A stretch of DNA of 24,000 nt, taken from the NCBI GenBank assembly GCA_963825975.1, contig CAWGUZ010000012.1, positions 250,914-274,913 of the forward strand, written 5' to 3'. The notes below the pieces were generated by a model. It was not told where the DNA came from. It worked only from the letters and a program-made list of their open reading frames with translations, and searched no databases. The DNA comes from an uncultured Actinomycetota bacterium. GTDB taxonomy: Bacteria; Actinomycetota; Actinomycetes; Mycobacteriales; Nakamurellaceae. Positions 18,741 to 24,000 of the stretch are shown here, piece by piece. The position numbers and the translations under genes were made by a program. Within the stretch, counting starts at the first letter, position 1. Every line of letters starts with the position of its first letter.

Positions 18741-19612
18741 CGCCCGTCACTCCAGTCGGTCGGCCACTCCGCGGTGTCCGTTGCCGGAGCGGTGGCACGA
18801 ACGGTGAACCCGGGCTGGGTGACACCGCCGCCGAGTTCCGGGCGTGGGCCATAGCCGGCGGCCGACGTGCCCGCTGTCAGGGTGGCCGCCGGTCGCTCCC
18901 CGATCCGGGCGGTAGGGCCGCCATTGCCCGACGCTGTCGTCGCCGGGTCGGCGGACAAGCCGCGAACCAGCCTCCCGGTCACCACCCCCGCGCCGAGAGC
19001 CAGCGCGAGGAATGCACCGGGCCGCTGCCGGGCGAACGACCGCACCTCGTTGAGAACACTTCCCGGATCGCGGTTCTCAAGCCACGTGGCCACCTCGTGC
19101 GCCTTGGCGGCGGCCTGGTGGGCGAGATCGGTGGCAGTGCCCTGCTGGTCCGAGCCCTCCGCCATGGCCTTCAGCTGATCACCAACGGCGTGCAGTCCGC
19201 CGGCGACCCGTTCCTGCTGCACCTGTGCCTGATCTGCAAGCTCGGACTGCGCCTGTCCGACCAGATCACGAACCTGCTTCTTCGCTTCGGCAGCCACCTG
19301 GGTCACCTGTTCCTTTGCCACCCCCGCCACATCCTTGGCGGCGTCAGCCGCGCCACCGGCTACCGACGCGACCTGCTCCTTGGCGGTCTCCGCCGTAGAG
19401 GAGTCGGCCGAAGGATCCCCGGACCCGGTTCCGGGCGAGCTCCACGCCGAGTTGCCGGTTGACTGGCCGAGGTTCGACCCTGCGGTGGACTTGTGGGTCG
19501 CCGCCGAACCGTGTGCGGGTGCATACAGTGGGGGCGTGAACGCGCCGTCTGCCGCGTCGCCGCCCACTGTGGTCGACGGGTAACTGGACCCGAAACCTTC
19601 CGTGCTGGTCAT
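18737..19612 (-). CDS. Hypothetical protein with apolipoprotein-like helical repeats and a C-terminal membrane anchor
   Basis: 291-aa ORF. Disordered S/G/T-rich N-terminus; repeated AKEQV/AKKQV helical segments; the motif SFARQRPGAFLALALGAGVVTGRLVRGL, common in actinobacterial stress-associated proteins. A purine-rich RBS lies before ATG 19612. Confidence 0.7.
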   Translation of the reverse strand: MTSTEGFGSSYPSTTVGGDAADGAFTPPLYAPAHGSAATHKSTAGSNLGQSTGNSAWSSPGTGSGDPSADSSTAETAKEQVASVAGGAADAAKDVAGVAKEQVTQVAAEAKKQVRDLVGQAQSELADQAQVQQERVAGGLHAVGDQLKAMAEGSDQQGTATDLAHQAAAKAHEVATWLENRDPGSVLNEVRSFARQRPGAFLALALGAGVVTGRLVRGLSADPATTASGNGGPTARIGERPAATLTAGTSAAGYGPRPELGGGVTQPGFTVRATAPATDTAEWPTDWSDGR

Positions 19613-19660
19613 TTCCGCTTCTTTCTTGTCGACGCCGAGGGGTGACCTCGTGCGGGTGGG

Positions 19661-20499
19661 TCAGTACTTTTCGGTCGGGCGGCCGGTCAGCGGGCTGTCG
19701 TCTAGCTCGACCTCTTCCTTGCGAACCTCGGCGCTGACCGCCTCTTGTCCGGTCACCGTCTCGGTCCCGAGCCGAACCCGTTCCACCGCAACGACTTCGG
19801 TGTCGACCACCGGCCCTTCGGCATGCAGCACCACCTCGTGTTCCTCTTCGGAGATCTCCGGGCCGGAATACGCAGCGTCGCGGTTGGATTCCGTGATGGG
19901 CTCGCGCTCCAACCGAACCTCCTCGTGGGACACCGGTACCGTCACCGTCTGTTGCTCGGTCACCACGTACTTCCGGAGCCGGGCTCGACCGGTCTCCACC
20001 CGTTCAGTGCCGACCCTGAGCTTTTCCTCGGACCGCGTGATCGCCTGATCGGTGGTCGGCCCGGACGTGTCGTACCCGGACTCGCTATCGACGTGGGATG
20101 GGCCCGAGGCGGTGTCGGTATCCGTGCGGAAACCACCGCCGGTGGGGTAGCTGTCCAGATCCTGTCCCGACGCGTCCGCGTAACCGGTGCGGTACTGCTG
20201 GTAGTAGGCGTACAGCTCTGCCGACTCGTCCTCGTCGAGGTGGGCGGCGTCACTGACAGCGGGTGCGTCCGTCACCACGTCCTTCTCGAACGGCAGCACC
20301 AGATCGTCTCCGCCGAGCGCGGTGCCTGCAAGCGGAACGAAGTTCTCTTTCATGCCGAACATGCCGGTGTTGACAGTGATCCAGTCGGGTACCCCGGTCT
20401 CGTCGTTGACGTACACCTGGCCGACCGAGCCGACCTTTTGCCTTCAGGGTCAACGGCGTTGCGGCCCAAGTATTCGTCAGCGGTTCGTGCATCTGACAT
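19661..20499 (-). pseudogene. PRC-barrel + DUF2382 (YsnF/AvaK-like) stress protein, frameshifted near the 5' end
   Basis: ATG 20499 opens MSDARTADEYLGRNAVDPEGK, then the frame is lost at the run TTTT 20436-20439 (AAAA on the coding strand). The other frame continues (V)GSVGQVYVNDETGVPDWITVNTGMFGMKENFVPL (PRC barrel). The DUF2382 repeats then follow: RSEEKLRVGTERVETGRARLRKYVVTEQQTVTVPVSHEEVRLEREP and VAVERVRLGTETVTGQEAVSAEVRKEEVELD. Confidence 0.75.
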
Positions 20500-20958
20500 G
20501 TGACGCTTGCTTTCGGTGGTGCCGGTCGGTGAGCGCGAGCGGTCGGCGGTGCACCCTGACGGCAGGCGATGAAGTCGGACGCGACGACGGCCTGATCGGA
20601 AGGGCCTCGTGGGAGGGGTGGTGGGAGGTGGAGAGGAAACGACGAGTTTGCGGATGTTCACGCGCGCACCACTTCTCAGTTCAGGCCGAGCGGAACTTGC
20701 GCCGCGGGGTTCGAGTGCAGCTCCGTCACACCAGCTACCCGCCGGGTCACACCGGCAAACGCGCACACGTCTTCCGGCGATCCGACGCACCCGTCGGCCC
20801 GACCGGATCGGTGCCAGTGAAGACCGCAGGGCGACGGGTCGCGGACAACTGCGGAGGCGTCGGGTCGAGTTGGGGCGACGCTGGTCTGGCCCGGATGGCG
20901 GGGCGGCGCTATGGCGCTGCCGCACGCTGCGGACCACCACCGAGAGGGGTACAGGCGC

Positions 20959-20986
20959 CGTTGGGGCGGGTCGCCCCGCCCCAACG
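20959..20986 (-). terminator. 12-bp perfect GC-rich hairpin after the DUF305 gene
   Basis: CGTTGGGGCGGG (20959-20970), loop TCGC, CCCGCCCCAACG (20975-20986). It lies 9 nt downstream of the minus-strand stop at 20995. There is no clear U-tract. Confidence 0.6.
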
Positions 20987-20994
20987 GGCTCAGA

Positions 20995-21702
20995 TCACAG
21001 CAGGGCCAGCATCTGCTGCATGGTGGCGATCTCGGCGGTCTGGCTCGCCGTGATCGACTGCGCCAGGGCCAAGGCATCCGGATAGGCGCCGTTAGCGGTT
21101 TCCATCTCGGCCATGGTCAGCGCGCCCTGGTGATGGGTGATCATCAGCTCGAGGAACAACTTGTCGAAGGCGGTGCCGGACGCCGCTTCCAGTTGGGCCA
21201 TCTGGTCGGCGCTCATCATCCCCGGCATCTGTGACCCGGTCGTCATGGCGCTGGTCATGTCCATCCCGGGCGTCGGGTCGGTCGCGCCGGTGGTGTCGTC
21301 CGCCGATGTCGACATGGTCATGCCCGGGGTCATGGAGTGGCCGCCGCCCATATCTGTGCCGGTGCTGACGCCCCACTCGGTGAGCCACGCCGTCATCTGC
21401 TCGATCTCGGGCGATTGAGCTGCCTTGATCTCTGCAGCCAGGTCTTTCACCTCTTGACTGCCGGCCCTGCTGGGTGCCAGGTCCGCCATCTCGATCGCAC
21501 CCCGATGGTGCGCCATCATCTCTTGCGCGAACATGACGTCGGCGTCGTTGTGCGGGCTGAGGGCGGCGCTGCTCGGAGTCCCTTCGGCGGAACTCAGCGC
21601 GGTGTCGGCAACCGAGTTCGTGCTCGAGGCCGTCGATCCCGTGGTGCCGGGCGTCGACGAGGTACTGCAGGCGGTCAGCGTGACTGCCGCGGCGACCGTC
21701 AC
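20995..21702 (-). CDS. DUF305 domain lipoprotein with Met/His-rich insert (putative extracytoplasmic copper-binding protein)
   Basis: Two DUF305 half-domains (DVMFAQEMMAHHRGAIEMA and DKLFLELMITHHQGALTMAEME) flank a Met-rich linker (GGGHSMTPGMTMS...PGMDMTSAMTTGSQMPGMMSADQM). The lipobox is LTAC. The only in-frame start is GTG 21702, which gives a 10-residue signal peptide. A better ATG 21737 with an AGGAGAA RBS is out of frame by one base (see findings). Confidence 0.8.
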   Translation of the reverse strand: MTVAAAVTLTACSTSSTPGTTGSTASSTNSVADTALSSAEGTPSSAALSPHNDADVMFAQEMMAHHRGAIEMADLAPSRAGSQEVKDLAAEIKAAQSPEIEQMTAWLTEWGVSTGTDMGGGHSMTPGMTMSTSADDTTGATDPTPGMDMTSAMTTGSQMPGMMSADQMAQLEAASGTAFDKLFLELMITHHQGALTMAEMETANGAYPDALALAQSITASQTAEIATMQQMLALL

Positions 21703-21821
21703 GAGGTGGCGCGGTGAAGCAGTGTTCCCGTTCTCATTGCGGTTCTCCTGAAGACGAGGGTCGGATCTGGGTGTGCCGAATCTCCGTTCGAGCCCATGGG
21801 CTGGAACGGGTCGGGGTCGGC

Positions 21822-22349
21822 CTAAATCCGGAGAACGCAGAGCGCGATGACGGGACGGGCGGCACGGCCGGGGGGCCCACGCCGATGCAAGTCGCCCAAA
21901 GGACCGGTGCCGCGCCCGATGTGCGCCGTCAGACGGCGTCGCCAGAAGCCGCGCCGGTACCGAGTCAGTAGCGATGCTCCGCTCAACACCAGGAACAGGA
22001 CGCAGGCCGCCATTCCCTGGTCCGAGCCGTGCGGCCACCGCGGGGCGGCTGCCTCGGCTACCGCCGCCCCGCCGCCGGCGGCAGCCGGGATCACGGCCGG
22101 TGCCTTGACCGCCGCTGTGTTGACTGCCGCTGTGTCGACTGCCGCTGTGTGGACTGCCGCTGTGTGGAGTGCCGCTGTGAGGACGGTCGCAGGTTGGACC
22201 GCAGGCCGCGCCATGGGAATGCCTGCCATCAGATGATTTCCGTTGCCGGATTCGCCGCCGAGGACAAGCATTCCGAACAAGCCGACCAGCACGCCCGCCA
22301 GCAGCAACGAACGGGTCAGTGCACGTGCTCGCCGCAACCGCCGCCCCAT
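21822..22349 (-). CDS. Small two-TM membrane protein, DUF6153-like, with (H/D/N)TAAV pentapeptide repeats
   Basis: 175-aa ORF. MGRRLRRARALTRSLLLAGVLVGLFGMLVLGG (the N-terminal TM with a G-M motif recalls the DUF6153 proteins often found next to DUF305). A second TM, MAACVLFLVLSGASLL, follows, and the protein ends ...ALCVLRI. The family assignment is from memory and has not been searched. Confidence 0.55.
   Translation of the reverse strand: MGRRLRRARALTRSLLLAGVLVGLFGMLVLGGESGNGNHLMAGIPMARPAVQPATVLTAALHTAAVHTAAVDTAAVNTAAVKAPAVIPAAAGGGAAVAEAAAPRWPHGSDQGMAACVLFLVLSGASLLTRYRRGFWRRRLTAHIGRGTGPLGDLHRRGPPGRAARPVIALCVLRI
22107..22181. repeat. 15-bp tandem repeat x5 (GACTGCCGCTGTGTG consensus) inside the DUF6153-like gene
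   Basis: Units at 22107, 22122, 22137, 22152 and 22167, with further degenerate units to about 22211. They encode LHTAAVHTAAVDTAAVNTAAV on the minus strand. Confidence 0.9.
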
Positions 22350-22399
22350 CCGTCATCCGCGTTCGTCTTCTACTCCAGTCCCGACTTGGCTCATGGAAT

Positions 22400-24000
22400 C
22401 GGACATTTCTGATCCTTGATGCTGTGACCAGCGAATATGAATGGCGGCGGGCAAATTTCTGTGCACTAATTCCGGGTCGTAAAGTGGCCGGATGGTGCAC
22501 GTGCGGACTGTGAAGACCGCGTCCGGGGCGCGTGCGGTGCAGATCGTGTACTCCAACCGCGGCGGAAAACGGCGGATCGAGCACATCGGGTCCGCGCACG
22601 ACGACGTGCAGTTGGAGGTGCTCAAGACGGTCGCCCGGCAGCGGATGCTGGCCGGTCAGGGCGAACTCGACCTGGGTCTGCAGCCGCCGCCGGAGGCGGG
22701 TGGCCCGTTGCCGGTGACCTCGTCGCGGATGGGTCTCCTGTGGGACGCCCTGGCCGCCGGCTACGACTCGCTGGGCTTCGGCACCGCGACCGGTGGTGAC
22801 CTGGTGTTCCAGGCGTTGGTGCTGGCCCGGATCATCGAACCGACGTCGAAGCTGGACTCGCTGCGGGTGCTGAGCGAGGTGGGTCTGCCCGCGCCGTCGT
22901 ACGCCACACTGAAGCGACGGTTGCCGGTGTTCGCCACCGACGCGTGGCGCACGTCGTTGTCCTCGGCGTGTGCGGTGTCCGCGCAGATCGGACCGACAAG
23001 CCTTGTCTTATACGATGTGTCGACGCTCTACTTCGAGACCGATGCCGGTGACGGGTTCCGTGAATCCGGCTTCTCCAAGGAACGTCGGCTCGAACCTCAA
23101 ATAACCATCGGGCTGCTCACCGACGCCGATGGGTTCCCGTTGCGGGTCGAGGCGTTCGAGGGGAACCGGGCCGAGACGACCACGATGATCCCCACCATCC
23201 AGGCGTTCATGGCCGCGCACCGGCTCACCGACGTCACCATCGTCGCCGACGCCGGGATGGTGTCCGACGCGAACAAGAAGGCGTTGGAGGCGGCCGGGTT
23301 GTCGTTCATCATCGGCGCCCGCATCCCCGAGATGCCCTACGTGGTGTCCGCGTGGCAGACCGCGCATCCGGGGGTGGAACCGGCGGATCAGCAGGTGTGG
23401 GTGCAGCCGTGGCCGGCGGGGCCGACCGACAAACGACGTGATCACACGGTGTTCTACCAGTACCGCGCCGACCGGGCGAGACGCACCCTGCGGGGTGTCG
23501 ACGAGCAGGTCCGCAAGGCTCAGCAGGCCGTCGAGGGTAAGACTGCGGTGAAACGGAACCGGTTCGTGAAGCTCACCGGCGGCACCCGCAGCGTCAACGA
23601 CACCCTCGCGGCGAAGGTTCGCTCCCTCGCCGGGCTGAAGGGGTACGTGACGAACCTGCCCAACCCGACCGCGGATCAGGTGATCGGCGCCTACCACCAG
23701 CTGTGGCATGTGGAGAAGGCGTTCCGAATGTCGAAGCACGATCTGCAGGCCCGGCCCATCTATCACCATCAGCGGGAGTCGATCGAGGCTCACCTGACCG
23801 TCGTGATGGCCGCGCTGGCCGTGTCGAAATGGGTCGAGACTGCGACCGGCTGGTCCATCCGGAAGTTCGTGAAGACCGCCCGCCGCTACCGCACCTTCAC
23901 CATCCAAGCGGGCGACCACACCCTCACCGCAGCCGACACCGTCCCGGACGACCTCGCCCAAGCGCTCGACGCCATCCGGAAACGGTCAAATGGACACTAA
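22400..24000 (+). mobile_element. IS1634-family insertion sequence, right end outside the window and left boundary not determined
   Basis: Transposase CDS plus a visibly less GC-rich leader (about 22385-22490). The inverted repeats cannot be defined without the right end. Confidence 0.5.
22492..24000 (+). CDS. IS1634-family (IS4 superfamily) DDE transposase
   Basis: 502 aa. VLYDVSTLYFETD, GFSKERRLEPQITIGLLTDADGFPL, VADAGMVSDANKKALEAAGLSFIIGAR and the C-terminal YHQLWHVEKAFRMSKHDLQARPIYHHQRESIEAHL (Y-R-E-K region) are typical of IS1634-type transposases. The stop TAA is at 23998-24000, the window edge. Confidence 0.85.
   Translation: MVHVRTVKTASGARAVQIVYSNRGGKRRIEHIGSAHDDVQLEVLKTVARQRMLAGQGELDLGLQPPPEAGGPLPVTSSRMGLLWDALAAGYDSLGFGTATGGDLVFQALVLARIIEPTSKLDSLRVLSEVGLPAPSYATLKRRLPVFATDAWRTSLSSACAVSAQIGPTSLVLYDVSTLYFETDAGDGFRESGFSKERRLEPQITIGLLTDADGFPLRVEAFEGNRAETTTMIPTIQAFMAAHRLTDVTIVADAGMVSDANKKALEAAGLSFIIGARIPEMPYVVSAWQTAHPGVEPADQQVWVQPWPAGPTDKRRDHTVFYQYRADRARRTLRGVDEQVRKAQQAVEGKTAVKRNRFVKLTGGTRSVNDTLAAKVRSLAGLKGYVTNLPNPTADQVIGAYHQLWHVEKAFRMSKHDLQARPIYHHQRESIEAHLTVVMAALAVSKWVETATGWSIRKFVKTARRYRTFTIQAGDHTLTAADTVPDDLAQALDAIRKRSNGH

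Noticed and set aside
18328-18852. The upstream part of the 370-aa ORF 17740..18852
   Set aside because: It overlaps the holin-X-like gene in another frame and is Arg/Gly-rich junk. A strong RBS plus ATG at 18327 begins the DUF3618 signature.
20500-20958. A roughly 460-bp gap with three mutually overlapping 130-240-aa ORFs (20322..21053+, 20609..21085+, 20676..21077-)
   Set aside because: All have Arg/Pro/Gly-biased junk composition and no motifs. I also found no convincing SigF/SigB-type promoter, riboswitch-like conserved core or gene remnant by eye. The region is left unannotated.
21738-22599. The upstream part of the 534-aa ORF 20995..22599
   Set aside because: It runs antiparallel-frame through the DUF6153-like gene and into the IS leader with nonsense-like composition. 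Only the distal roughly 235 codons are DUF305-like.

Overview
High-GC actinobacterial (Mycobacteriales-like) chromosomal segment with alternating housekeeping and accessory content. Order, left to right: (1) minus-strand PAP2-like membrane protein (partial), alpha/beta hydrolase and TPM-domain protein; (2) tRNA-Ser(GGA), SRP RNA (ffs) and dnaX; (3) a copper unit, csoR (with a downstream MBL-fold hydrolase) divergent from copZ-copA, with two CsoR-type boxes between them; (4) a minus-strand mannitol PTS operon mtlA(EIICB)-mtlF(EIIA)-mtlD, followed by a start/stop-overlapped but heavily decayed ppdK, with a divergent LacI-family regulator and four 14-bp palindromic operators; (5) a four-gene stress-type module (PRC-barrel/DUF2382, helical-repeat protein, holin-X-like, DUF3618); (6) a DUF6153-like membrane protein plus a Met-rich DUF305 lipoprotein; (7) an IS1634-family transposase at the right edge. 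I found no CRISPR array, toxin-antitoxin pair or recognisable defence system, and I cannot claim a new system. The most notable observations are reading-frame lesions in four conserved genes: dnaX inside a 15-nt repeat array, ppdK with about 7 lesions, the PRC-barrel gene, and the DUF305 start. Also notable are the unusual mannitol-PTS/ppdK/LacI operon design with a four-operator array, and several short in-frame and intergenic tandem repeats. All family calls come from motif recognition by eye; no database search was run.
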